Positions 26,549 to 35,255 of a DNA stretch of 52,938 nucleotides are shown one piece after another (positions within the stretch are counted from its first letter, which is position 1; every line of letters starts with the position of its first letter). Origin of the DNA: Eubacteriales bacterium (GTDB lineage: Bacteria; Bacillota; Clostridia; Oscillospirales; CAG-272). Made by a program: the position numbers and the translations under genes. The DNA lies in NCBI GenBank assembly GCA_045593965.1, contig JAZNXP010000157.1, positions 1 through 52,938 of the forward strand, written 5' to 3'. Below the pieces are notes generated by a model. It saw only the letters and a program-made list of their open reading frames with translations, was not told where the DNA came from and ran no database searches.

Positions 26549-26586
26549 AAGCTGCCCTTCCCTCGGTTGGGTAGCTTCTTTTTTTC
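26549..26586 (+). terminator. rho-independent terminator of the kinase gene
   Basis: AAGCTGCCC / GGGTAGCTT stem (one G-U), then C followed by a T7 run. Confidence 0.7.
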
Positions 26587-26626
26587 AACGAACAGGGGTG
26601 CCGCCGAAGCGACACCCCTGTTCGTT
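26587..26626 (-). terminator. GC-rich hairpin immediately downstream of hydA (no clear U-tract)
   Basis: AACGAACAGGGGTG / CACCCCTGTTCGTT 14-bp stem with an inner CGC-TTCG-GCG. Confidence 0.4.
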
Positions 26627-26632
26627 GTTCAA

Positions 26633-28393
26633 TTATTTATACAAACCGCGCTTTACGTAGCTGGTGTGCAGGATCTCGTGTGCCTTATGGCTGTTGGGAG
26701 CTCCGAAGAACTCGTCATACAGCTTCTGCACCGCGAGGTTATCCTGGGACTTACGCAGCTCGTCGTTTGCGTCGTCGTTGTACAGAACGGCTGCGCGAAC
26801 TGCACGCAGATCCATGTTCATGCGAACGCTTGCGGGCTGAATCGGCTGACCGCCACCGTTGACGCATCCGCCGGGGCAACCCATGATCTCGATGAACTGA
26901 ACGTCAAGCTCGCCTGCCTTCACCTTGTTCAGAAGCTCCTTCGCCTTACCCGTGCTGGATGCAACTGCAACGTTAACGGTAAGATCGCCAAGCTTATAGG
27001 ATGCGGTCTTGATGCCTTCTACGCCACGAACCTCGTTGAAGTCAACCTTCTCCAGCTTCTTGCCGAGAATGACCTCTGCAGCATAACGGAGAGCAGCCTC
27101 CATAACGCCGCCGGTTGCGCCGAAGATTGCGCCTGCGCCCGATCCGATCGCAAAAGGATCGTCAAACTTCGCTTCCTCAAGAGCGCGGAAGTTGATGCCT
27201 GCCTTCTTGATCATTCTGCCGACCTCACGCGTGGTGATCGCGTAATCAACGTCGGGAACACCTGCTGCGGACTGTCCGTCACGTCCAACCTCGAATTTCT
27301 TCGCGGTACAAGGAATTGCGGAAACCATCACGATATCCTTGGGATCCCAGCCCATCTTCTGTGCGTAGTAGGTCTTAACAACTGCGCCGAACATCTGCTG
27401 AGGAGACTTGCAGGTGGAAAGGTTATCCACAAATTCCGGGAAGTAATGCTCGCAGTACTTGATCCATCCGGGAGAGCAAGAGGTGATCATCGGGAGAGCT
27501 CCGTTGTTCTGAATTCTGCCCAGAAGCTCGTTTGCTTCCTCAACGATGGTAAGGTCTGCGGTCAGGTTCATGTCATATACGCCGTCAAAGCCGAGTGCCT
27601 TAAGTGCCGCAACCATCTTGCCCTCGCAATCGGTGCCGGGCTCATAGCCGAAGCATTCGCCGATCTGTGCGCGAACGGAAGGAGCGGTACAAATAACAGT
27701 ATGCTTCGTAGGATCTGCGATTGCAGCGAATACACCGTCGGTATCGTCTCTCTCATAAAGAGCACCAACAGGGCAAGCTACGATGCACTGTCCACAGTTG
27801 ATACAAGAGGTCTCAGCCAGTGCTTGCTCGAATGCGGAACCGATGTAGGTATCAAAGCCGCGGTTGTTTGCGCCGATAACGCCAATCTGCTGTACCTTTG
27901 CGCAGGTTGCTACGCAACGGCGGCAAAGTACGCACTTGCTGTTGTCACGGATGATCGGAGTCTTGTCGTCGATCTCGTACTGATTTACTTCACCTACAAA
28001 GCTGGAGGAATTTACGCCGTACTCACGGCACAGCGACTGCAACTCACAGTTGGTGGAGCGTACGCAGGAGAGACAGTCCTGATTGTGGTTGGAGAGCAAC
28101 AGCTCAAGGTTCATCTTGCGGGATGTAGCGATCTTGGGCGTGTTGGTCTTGATCTCCATACCCTCGGTGCAAGGATACACGCAAGCAGTAACCATACGCC
28201 AAGGACCAAGTGCGGGACCGCGCATTTCCGCAACCTCTACAAGGCACAGACGGCATGCGCCGATCTCGTTGATATCTTTCAGATAGCAGAGCGTCGGAAT
28301 ATCGATGTGCGCTGCTTTAGCGGCTTCCAGAACCGTGGAACCCTTGGCAACGGAATATTCCGTGCCGTTAATTTTTACTTTAATCATATCCAT
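26633..28393 (-). CDS. hydA: [FeFe]-hydrogenase catalytic subunit (M3 architecture, bifurcating-type HydA)
   Basis: N-terminal 2Fe-2S, His-ligated 4Fe-4S and two ferredoxin-type CxxCxxCxxxC(P) motifs. H-cluster motifs are TSCSPGW (variant of TSCCPxW), IPCTAKKFE, and EIMGCPGGCVNGGGQP. Confidence 0.92.
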   Translation of the reverse strand: MDMIKVKINGTEYSVAKGSTVLEAAKAAHIDIPTLCYLKDINEIGACRLCLVEVAEMRGPALGPWRMVTACVYPCTEGMEIKTNTPKIATSRKMNLELLLSNHNQDCLSCVRSTNCELQSLCREYGVNSSSFVGEVNQYEIDDKTPIIRDNSKCVLCRRCVATCAKVQQIGVIGANNRGFDTYIGSAFEQALAETSCINCGQCIVACPVGALYERDDTDGVFAAIADPTKHTVICTAPSVRAQIGECFGYEPGTDCEGKMVAALKALGFDGVYDMNLTADLTIVEEANELLGRIQNNGALPMITSCSPGWIKYCEHYFPEFVDNLSTCKSPQQMFGAVVKTYYAQKMGWDPKDIVMVSAIPCTAKKFEVGRDGQSAAGVPDVDYAITTREVGRMIKKAGINFRALEEAKFDDPFAIGSGAGAIFGATGGVMEAALRYAAEVILGKKLEKVDFNEVRGVEGIKTASYKLGDLTVNVAVASSTGKAKELLNKVKAGELDVQFIEIMGCPGGCVNGGGQPIQPASVRMNMDLRAVRAAVLYNDDANDELRKSQDNLAVQKLYDEFFGAPNSHKAHEILHTSYVKRGLYK

Positions 28394-28413
28394 TTGTCCA
28401 CAATTCTCCTTTC

Positions 28414-30231
28414 TTATTGCTTGGAAATAGCTTTGAACTTACACGTGGGCATACAAGCACCGCACTTCACGCACTTCGCAGGATCAATGGTGAAGGATGC
28501 CAGCTTATGTCCGGGAGCGATGTAATCGGTTCTCGTGATCGCGGATGCGGGGCAGTTCTTTGCGCACATGCCGCAACCGATACACTTATCTGCATCAATG
28601 GTGAACTGAAGCAGTCCCTTGCATACGCCTGCGGGACACTTCTTGTCCACAATATGAGCGATATACTCTTCTCTGAAGTAACGCAGAGTGGAGAGAACGG
28701 GGTTCGGAGCAGTCTGTCCCAGACCGCAGAGAGATGCGGATTTGATATAATTGGAAAGCTCTTCCAGACGGTCCAGATCCTCAAGCTCACCCTTACCCGA
28801 AATGATCTTATCCAGAATTTCGAGCAATCTCTTCGTACCAACGCGACAAGGAGTACATTTACCGCACGACTCGTCAACGGTGAAGTCGAGGAAGAAACGC
28901 GCGATATCAACCATGCAGTTGTCCTCGTCCATAACGATCAGTCCGCCCGATCCCATCATGGAACCGATTTCCAGCAGGTTATCATAGTCAATGGGAGTGT
29001 CGATCAGGTGTGCGGGAATGCATCCGCCGGAAGGTCCACCCGTTTGAGCAGCCTTGAACTTCTTGCCGTTCGGGATACCGCCACCGATCTCCTCGATGAT
29101 GTGACGCAGAGTCGTTCCCATAGGAACCTCAACCAGACCCGTGTTCTTGATCTTACCGCCAAGCGCGAATACCTTCGTACCCTTGCTCTTCTCGGTACCC
29201 ATGGATGCGAACCAATCGGCACCCTTGAGAATGATTTGAGGAATGTTTGCATAGGTCTCAACGTTGTTCAGAACCGTAGGACGGTCGAACAGACCCTTGA
29301 CTGCGGGGAACGGAGGACGGGGACGGGGCTCGCCGCGCTTACCCTCAATAGAGGTCATCAACGCAGTCTCCTCACCGCACACGAATGCGCCCGCACCGAG
29401 ACGGATATCCAGATCGAAATCGAAGCCGGTCTCAAAAATATTCTTACCGAGCAAGCCGTACTCGCGTGCCTGGTTGATCGCGATCTGCAAACGGTTAACT
29501 GCGATCGGATACTCTGCACGAACGTATACGTAACCCTGATTTGCGCCGATCGCGTAGCCTGCGATCGCCATTGCCTCGATCAATGCGTGGGGTTCACCCT
29601 CCAGCACGGAACGGTCCATAAACGCACCCGGGTCACCCTCGTCTGCGTTACAGCAAACGTACTTCTGTACGTTTCCGCGGTTACCCGAAGCGAACTTCCA
29701 CTTCATACCCGTGGGGAAGCCTGCGCCTCCGCGTCCGCGAAGTCCGGAATCCAGAATGGTCTGGATAACCTCATCGGGAGTCATCTCGGTAAGGACCTTA
29801 CCCAGAGCTGCATAACCGTCCATTGCGATGTACTCTTCAATGTTCTCGGGGTCGATTACGCCGCAGTTACGAAGCGCGATACGAAGCTGAGACTTATAGA
29901 AGGTAGTATCGTTCAAGGAAGCATTCTCGGGAGTGTGGTCTCCGCTGGTCTCGTTGTAAACCAGTCTTTCAACAACACGTCCCTTGAGCAGATGCTCGCT
30001 GACGATCTCTTCAACGTCCTGCTCGGTAACGTTGCTGTAGAACGTACCGTCGGGATAGATGATAACGACCGGTCCGAGTGCGCAAAGACCGAAACAACCT
30101 GTCTGAACGACCTTTACCTCTTCAGCAAGTCCTTTCTTCGCAATCGCAGCCTCAAACGCTGCCTGGATCTTCGGGCTTCCGGAAGATGTACATCCCGTAC
30201 CGCCGCAACATAATACATGTGAACGAATCAT
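28414..30231 (-). CDS. hydB: NuoF-like flavoprotein subunit of the hydrogenase (HydB/HndC type)
   Basis: 605 aa. N-terminal thioredoxin-like 2Fe-2S region, FMN/NADH-binding core (GRGGAGFPTGMKW), and two C-terminal 4Fe-4S motifs (CIGCGMCAKNCP, CVKCGACMPTC). Confidence 0.92.
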   Translation of the reverse strand: MIRSHVLCCGGTGCTSSGSPKIQAAFEAAIAKKGLAEEVKVVQTGCFGLCALGPVVIIYPDGTFYSNVTEQDVEEIVSEHLLKGRVVERLVYNETSGDHTPENASLNDTTFYKSQLRIALRNCGVIDPENIEEYIAMDGYAALGKVLTEMTPDEVIQTILDSGLRGRGGAGFPTGMKWKFASGNRGNVQKYVCCNADEGDPGAFMDRSVLEGEPHALIEAMAIAGYAIGANQGYVYVRAEYPIAVNRLQIAINQAREYGLLGKNIFETGFDFDLDIRLGAGAFVCGEETALMTSIEGKRGEPRPRPPFPAVKGLFDRPTVLNNVETYANIPQIILKGADWFASMGTEKSKGTKVFALGGKIKNTGLVEVPMGTTLRHIIEEIGGGIPNGKKFKAAQTGGPSGGCIPAHLIDTPIDYDNLLEIGSMMGSGGLIVMDEDNCMVDIARFFLDFTVDESCGKCTPCRVGTKRLLEILDKIISGKGELEDLDRLEELSNYIKSASLCGLGQTAPNPVLSTLRYFREEYIAHIVDKKCPAGVCKGLLQFTIDADKCIGCGMCAKNCPASAITRTDYIAPGHKLASFTIDPAKCVKCGACMPTCKFKAISKQ

Positions 30232-30249
30232 AGTACTGATACCTCCAAA

Positions 30250-30624
30250 TTATGCTTTCTTGGCAGATCCGATCGTGTATTCCTCCACGATCTTGCCGCC
30301 CTTGATATGCTCTGCAAGCACTTTTTCTGCTTTTTCAGCAGTCATCTTAACGTAGGTCACCTTCTCCTTACCGGGTTGAACGACCTCCACGATCGGCTCA
30401 TACTGGCACAGACCGATGCATCCGGTCTGGCTGACGGTTACCGTGTTGTTAAGGTTCTCGCGGTTTACGCCCTCCACAAAAGCGTTGAGTACGGGACGTG
30501 CGCCGGCTGCAATTCCGCAGGTAGCCATACCTACTACGATACGAGTATCGTTGGTACCCTCACGAAGAACGACCTTGTCCTTCATTTTGTCTCTGATTGC
30601 AGCAAGTTCTGCCAAAGATTTCAT
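30250..30624 (-). CDS. thioredoxin-like [2Fe-2S] ferredoxin (HndB/HydD-like)
   Basis: 124 aa. Cys pattern ...MATCGIAAG...QTGCIGLCQYEP... is typical of this family. Lies directly upstream of the nuoF-like gene. Confidence 0.8.
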   Translation of the reverse strand: MKSLAELAAIRDKMKDKVVLREGTNDTRIVVGMATCGIAAGARPVLNAFVEGVNRENLNNTVTVSQTGCIGLCQYEPIVEVVQPGKEKVTYVKMTAEKAEKVLAEHIKGGKIVEEYTIGSAKKA

Positions 30625-30649
30625 AGTTTCAGTTCCTTTCCTTCATCAT

Positions 30650-31216
30650 TTATAAATTATTATTTTGATTACTGTATTGCTCCCGCAAATATTCCGCGAT
30701 CCATTGGATCACCTCGGGGGTATTCGGCGGGACGTCCGCCCCCAGAATCTGCCGCACCTCCCTCATGTCCAGCTCCGCAACGGTCTGACCGCTGACAGTG
30801 TGCCGAAACAGAAGGTTGATATCGGGACTCCCCTGGATCAGAGTTGTCACCGTGGAAACGATGTCTCCCATCGGAGTGCAATCGATGTGCGACGTATCGA
30901 ACGTTGCGACCACTTCCGTTCCATGTGTTTCCGCATACTCGGATTCATGGCGCGACGTGATCGTGACCGAGCCGCCCGTTTGCTCCGCCGCGAGCTTGAG
31001 AAGCGGAATTCCCATTCCCACCTTTCGCGTCGTGCGCGTGGTACAGAACGGATCGACCACGCTCTTTAAAAATTCGGGCTTCATGCCGCAGCCGTTATCC
31101 GCCACGGTCAATTGCAGCATGTTCTCGGTTTCATCCAACAGAATTTCGATCCGATCGGCTTTCGCCTTGACCGAATTCATGGCGATGTCCAGCACATTCA
31201 AAGAAAGCTCTTTCAT
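30650..31216 (-). CDS. stand-alone histidine-kinase-like ATPase (HATPase_c) protein
   Basis: N box LDIAMNSVKA, G1 DNGCGM, G2 GMGIPLL. No HisKA or sensor domain. ATGA overlap with the PHP gene. Confidence 0.75.
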   Translation of the reverse strand: MKELSLNVLDIAMNSVKAKADRIEILLDETENMLQLTVADNGCGMKPEFLKSVVDPFCTTRTTRKVGMGIPLLKLAAEQTGGSVTITSRHESEYAETHGTEVVATFDTSHIDCTPMGDIVSTVTTLIQGSPDINLLFRHTVSGQTVAELDMREVRQILGADVPPNTPEVIQWIAEYLREQYSNQNNNL

Positions 31217-31953
31217 GTGTTCTCTCCTTTCAAGTGCCGAAACAGTTGTTTTCTTACAAATGCTCCGCTATACGGCTCGTCCTCCAGCTCCAGAAAATGC
31301 TCCGCATCCCGAATGTCCCATAAATAGTGCGCATCCGAGCTTACCAAAAGCTCCGCTCCTTTCAGATTGGGATACCGATCACGAAATTCTTCTTTTCTGT
31401 TTCCGTCATGCAACTCCGCGATCGCATACGGCGGATCGTCAGGAAAGCTTCCGAGCGTCGCAATGACGCCGTTCGCGTCCCGATCGATATGCGCGGGATA
31501 GCAGATCCCACCGTAGCAGGTCACAAAATCCTTTGCTTCATCGTATGAGATCAAGGTTGCATTGGAGAGCAGGTCTTTTTCAATTCCGATCTCCTCATCC
31601 TCTCCGTTCATCAGGATCTGATCTCCGAAAATATCGGTTCTGTTTGGAATTCGGATCCTTCTTTCGTCCACCGCATCGTTAAAACGCAACGCGTCCTCCA
31701 GATGCTCGAACAAGCAAACGATGTGAATATCCTCTGCCGTTGTCAGCTCCATTCCCGCCACGGGAATGATCCCCGCCTTCTTTGCCGCCTCGAAAAACGC
31801 GGGGCAATTTCTGCAGGAATTGTGGTCTGTCAACGCAACGATCTGCAATCCCGCCAACGCCGCCATGCCCGCGATGTTATTCGGCGTCATGTCGTTGTCG
31901 GCACAGGGGGACAAACAGGAGTGAATATGAAAATCGTAATAATAGCGGTTCAT
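31213..31953 (-). CDS. PHP-domain (polymerase/histidinol phosphatase-like) metallo-phosphoesterase
   Basis: YYDFHIHSCLSPCAD, ALTDHNS, and further His/Asp motifs. ATGA overlaps on both sides. Confidence 0.8.
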   Translation of the reverse strand: MNRYYYDFHIHSCLSPCADNDMTPNNIAGMAALAGLQIVALTDHNSCRNCPAFFEAAKKAGIIPVAGMELTTAEDIHIVCLFEHLEDALRFNDAVDERRIRIPNRTDIFGDQILMNGEDEEIGIEKDLLSNATLISYDEAKDFVTCYGGICYPAHIDRDANGVIATLGSFPDDPPYAIAELHDGNRKEEFRDRYPNLKGAELLVSSDAHYLWDIRDAEHFLELEDEPYSGAFVRKQLFRHLKGENT

Positions 31954-32279
31954 CGATCGATGCTTGTCAATTCTTTGACAAGCTCGTACGCGGTCAGGTC
32001 GCTCGTGAGAACGTTGATGCCCTTTTCCTTTGCGGTGTTGATCGCGTTTTCATCCAACGTGACTCCCTCCGCCAAAAGGATCGCCGCAACGTCTGTCAAC
32101 GCCGCCACCGCGATGATATTGATGTTGGACATAATGGTGATCCAGAGATTATTCGCCTCTGCTCTACCCATTACCCAACTGAGCAGATCTCCGATATAAA
32201 CGCCGTCGAATTCCCGATCGCCCTTCGGCAATGCAAGAGCGCGCAGGGAGAGCTTTTCCGATAATTCCGAAACCGTCAT
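31950..32279 (-). CDS. DRTGG-domain protein
   Basis: 109 aa. Resembles the small DRTGG-family proteins seen next to Fe-hydrogenase genes. The start ATG directly abuts the stop of the upstream gene (TAAATG). Confidence 0.6.
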   Translation of the reverse strand: MTVSELSEKLSLRALALPKGDREFDGVYIGDLLSWVMGRAEANNLWITIMSNINIIAVAALTDVAAILLAEGVTLDENAINTAKEKGINVLTSDLTAYELVKELTSIDR

Positions 32280-33575
32280 TTACCGTTCCTCCTCCGTTTC
32301 TTCCTTGCCGCCCTTCTGCGCATCAAAGAAACGACTCTTTTCGACCACACAGCCGTCTCTTGGCGCGATTCCGCGAACCACATCCTCCGCAAACGCGCGG
32401 CAGTTTGGCGCTCCGCAAGCACCGCAGTCGATCCCCGGCAGCTCTGCGCGCAGCTTCTGGATGTCCGCCATCATTCTAAGAGACTCTCCGAAATTCTCGC
32501 TCAAGCGCTGGATCGGCAGGTAAGTCGGCATTTGATCAAAGAAATACGTTTGCGGAATATATTCCTTCTGATCCCCCTGCAAAAACGTTTGCGAAACAGG
32601 AAGATACCGACGCAAGGTCTGTAATCTTGCCTTGGCTACAAAAGGATTTTCCACCGCCATCACGCCGCCCACGCATCCTCCTGGACAAGCGTTCAGCTCA
32701 ATAAACTCAAGGGATTGAATGTTTCCGTTCTCCAGCTGATCCAATACGCGGTTGACGTTATCGATGCCGTCTGCCGCAAGATATTTATCGTTGAAGATTG
32801 CGGAGGATTCTCCCCCCGAGGTCGCCCAGCTGATTCCGATCATGCCGGACTTTGATATCGGCGTCGGAGTTTGTCCGCGCCTCATTACATTAATTAAATT
32901 GAAGTAAACATCGCTGACGGATACGACCTCGTCGATCTCGCTCTGATAATCTCCAAATCCGTTTTTGATGTAGCTCACCTTTGCGGGACACGGAGAAATA
33001 AAACAGATGCAAATATCCTCATCCTTCAGTTCGGGATGCTCCCTGTGCGCCTTCTCGCGCGCCAGCTTTGCCGCGATCTCCATCGGAGGCAAGAGCTGCA
33101 TGATGTGCTCGCGCAAGGTCGGGTAACGCAGAGAGATCAACCGCAGCACCACGGGACACGCCGAGCTGATCACGGGCTTGACGATCCCTTCGGTCTTGAG
33201 ATACAGTCTCGTATATGCGGAAACAAGCTCCGCCGCCTGCGAGACCTCGACCACGTCGTCAAAGCCAATGTCGAGCAGTCCCTGCAGGACGTAATCCACG
33301 TCCTCCAGCTCCTCGAACTGACCGTACAGTGTCGGTGCGGGCAATGCTACCTTCCATTTATACTTCATAACGGCATCCAAGCGGCTGTATTCCGCTTTTT
33401 TTGCGTGATTCGGACAGTTCCGAATACAGATGCCGCAATCGATACATCGGTTTGGATTGATCTGCGCATGACCTTCATGAATGCGGATCGCTTCGGTCGG
33501 ACAATGCTTCAAGCAGGTCGTACAACCCGTACACCGATCTACCTCAAGGGAAACCGAATGTTCATAAGCATTCAT
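32280..33575 (-). CDS. HydS-like (putative sensory) [FeFe]-hydrogenase homologue: 2x[4Fe-4S], H-domain-like region, C-terminal CX2CX4CX16C
   Basis: CTGCTTCLKHCP and CIDCGICIRNCP. H-cluster-like motifs ISSACPVV, ISPCPAKV and ELNACPGGCVGG (the GGGQP tail is absent). C-terminal CGACGAPNCRAFAEDVVRGIAPRDGC. Confidence 0.8.
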   Translation of the reverse strand: MNAYEHSVSLEVDRCTGCTTCLKHCPTEAIRIHEGHAQINPNRCIDCGICIRNCPNHAKKAEYSRLDAVMKYKWKVALPAPTLYGQFEELEDVDYVLQGLLDIGFDDVVEVSQAAELVSAYTRLYLKTEGIVKPVISSACPVVLRLISLRYPTLREHIMQLLPPMEIAAKLAREKAHREHPELKDEDICICFISPCPAKVSYIKNGFGDYQSEIDEVVSVSDVYFNLINVMRRGQTPTPISKSGMIGISWATSGGESSAIFNDKYLAADGIDNVNRVLDQLENGNIQSLEFIELNACPGGCVGGVMAVENPFVAKARLQTLRRYLPVSQTFLQGDQKEYIPQTYFFDQMPTYLPIQRLSENFGESLRMMADIQKLRAELPGIDCGACGAPNCRAFAEDVVRGIAPRDGCVVEKSRFFDAQKGGKEETEEER

Positions 33576-33606
33576 CGTCTTGTTCCTTTTCCGCCGAAAT
33601 CGGGAT

Positions 33607-34029
33607 TTACAGATTGACCGTCATCAAAATGCGTGTTCCCTCGCCCGGCTTTGAATCGATTTGCATAGAATCTGTATATCTCTTCATGTTCGGAAGTCCC
33701 ATTCCCGCGCCAAATCCGAGAGAACGGATGGTGTCGGGCGCGGTGGAATATCCCTCCTGCATGGCAAGAGATATGTCGGCAATACCGGGACCGTGGTCAA
33801 CGAGCAGGAGCTCGATACGATCTTCATAGATCAAAACGTCCGCTTCGCCGCCGCCCGCGTGTATCACCATGTTGATCTCCCCCTCGTACATTGCGATCGA
33901 TACCTTTCGGATGATCTCGGGAGAAATTCCCAGCTGACGCAAGCTCTTCTTCACCTGCACGGACGCCTGCCCCGCAGACGTGAAATCCGCTCCGTCAACC
34001 TGGAAGTGGAATTTTACCGCTTCCTTCAT
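33607..34029 (-). CDS. RsbW/SpoIIAB-like serine kinase / anti-sigma-type HATPase protein
   Basis: 140 aa: ...AMYEGEINMVIHAGGGE...VDHGPGIADI...GFGAGMGLPNMKRY... ATG 34029 overlaps the upstream stop (ATGA). Confidence 0.7.
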   Translation of the reverse strand: MKEAVKFHFQVDGADFTSAGQASVQVKKSLRQLGISPEIIRKVSIAMYEGEINMVIHAGGGEADVLIYEDRIELLLVDHGPGIADISLAMQEGYSTAPDTIRSLGFGAGMGLPNMKRYTDSMQIDSKPGEGTRILMTVNL

Positions 34030-34379
34030 GATACAGCTCCGTTTCCGCCCAGTCCGTTTGCATAAAGCTTTCCGCAAGCCTCATACATCCGCTTGCCCGT
34101 TTTCAGCAATGCGATACCGTGCTGGTTCGCCAACGCGATCATTTCTTCCGTGGGACATTTTGAACGCACGAAAACAATGCAGACCATGTCCATCATCATG
34201 GCTGTCCGCACAACCTGCGGATTGACAAGTCCCGTCAGAAGGACTGCCTGATCCTTGACGTATGCCAATACATCACTCATCATGTCGCTTCCGCATGCGG
34301 AACCGACCTCACGGTCCATGTATTCCTCGCCGCAGATCACGTCCGCATTCAACAATTCCTTGATTTTCTCGATCTTCAT
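34026..34379 (-). CDS. DRTGG-domain protein
   Basis: 117 aa, with an LLTGL core in place of DRTGG. Paralogous in size and layout to 31950..32279. Confidence 0.6.
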   Translation of the reverse strand: MKIEKIKELLNADVICGEEYMDREVGSACGSDMMSDVLAYVKDQAVLLTGLVNPQVVRTAMMMDMVCIVFVRSKCPTEEMIALANQHGIALLKTGKRMYEACGKLYANGLGGNGAVS

Positions 34380-34412
34380 ATGGCTGTCCCTTGCCCTTTC
34401 GATGTAGAAAGA

Positions 34413-34907
34413 TTATTTATATTTTGCGAGAATGGAATCAACGTCGTCAACCGTCAATTTTCCATATACCTCGCCGTTCACCGTCAATACGGGAGCCAGA
34501 CCGCACGCACCGATGCAACGGGTTGCCTCGATGGAGTATTTTCCGTCGGGAGACGTGCTTCCGATCGGAACGTTCAGCTTCTGGGAAATCGCTTCGATGA
34601 TGTCACCCGATCCCTTAACGTAGCATGCAGTTCCCAAGCATACCGCGATCGCGTACTGACCGTCGGGATTGAGCTTGAACTGTGCATAGAAGGAGACAAT
34701 TCCGAAGATCTCCTCCAAAGATACGCCTGTCTTCTCGGCAATGATCGTCTGCACTTCAATCGGCAGATAACCGTAGATCTCCTGTGCTTCCTGCAGAATG
34801 GGCATCATTGCGCCACGCTGACCGGCATGCTTTTCGATCACGGCAAGCAGCTTTTCTTCCTGCTCCTTGGTTCCGTGAAAATCGACCGTGGTCAATTTCT
34901 TTTTCAT
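34413..34907 (-). CDS. hydC: NuoE-like [2Fe-2S] subunit of the hydrogenase (HydC/HndA type)
   Basis: 164 aa from ATG 34907 (TAGGAGG RBS). Cys motif ...CLGTACYVKG...ATRCIGACGLAP... Confidence 0.88.
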   Translation of the reverse strand: MKKKLTTVDFHGTKEQEEKLLAVIEKHAGQRGAMMPILQEAQEIYGYLPIEVQTIIAEKTGVSLEEIFGIVSFYAQFKLNPDGQYAIAVCLGTACYVKGSGDIIEAISQKLNVPIGSTSPDGKYSIEATRCIGACGLAPVLTVNGEVYGKLTVDDVDSILAKYK

Positions 34908-35121
34908 AAGACAAAAACCTCCTAATTTTTTAATCGCTTTGAAACAGATCCTTTTTTGCTTTGTCGCGCACGAAAAGATCCGTCTCTTACGCACGGATAC
35001 CTTATTATACTATATTTCTCTCAAAAAATCTATACCTTTTTCAAAATTTTTTCCTTATTTTATTGGTTTTTTTGATATTCTTTGACATTCCCTTCTTTTC
35101 TGTCCCGATTGAGACAGGAAA

Positions 35122-35139
35122 TTGTTAAAAAATTATCAT
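35122..35139. promoter_or_regulatory. candidate Rex (redox repressor) operator overlapping a candidate hyd-operon promoter
   Basis: TTGTTAA-AAAA-TTATCAT compared with the clostridial Rex consensus TTGTTAA-N4-TTAACAA (left half 7/7, right half 5/7). On the minus strand it overlaps a possible promoter: TTGATT (35161..35156), 18 nt spacer, GATAAT (35137..35132). Confidence 0.35.
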
Positions 35140-35255
35140 TCTTTGCATTTGATCAAATCAATGACCCTTTTATTTTCTTCAAAAAAGTGCGATTTTGGAA
35201 GAAAAACGCAGAAAAATCCGCTTTTTTCGGTCGTCATCGCCTTACGCTCTTTTTC

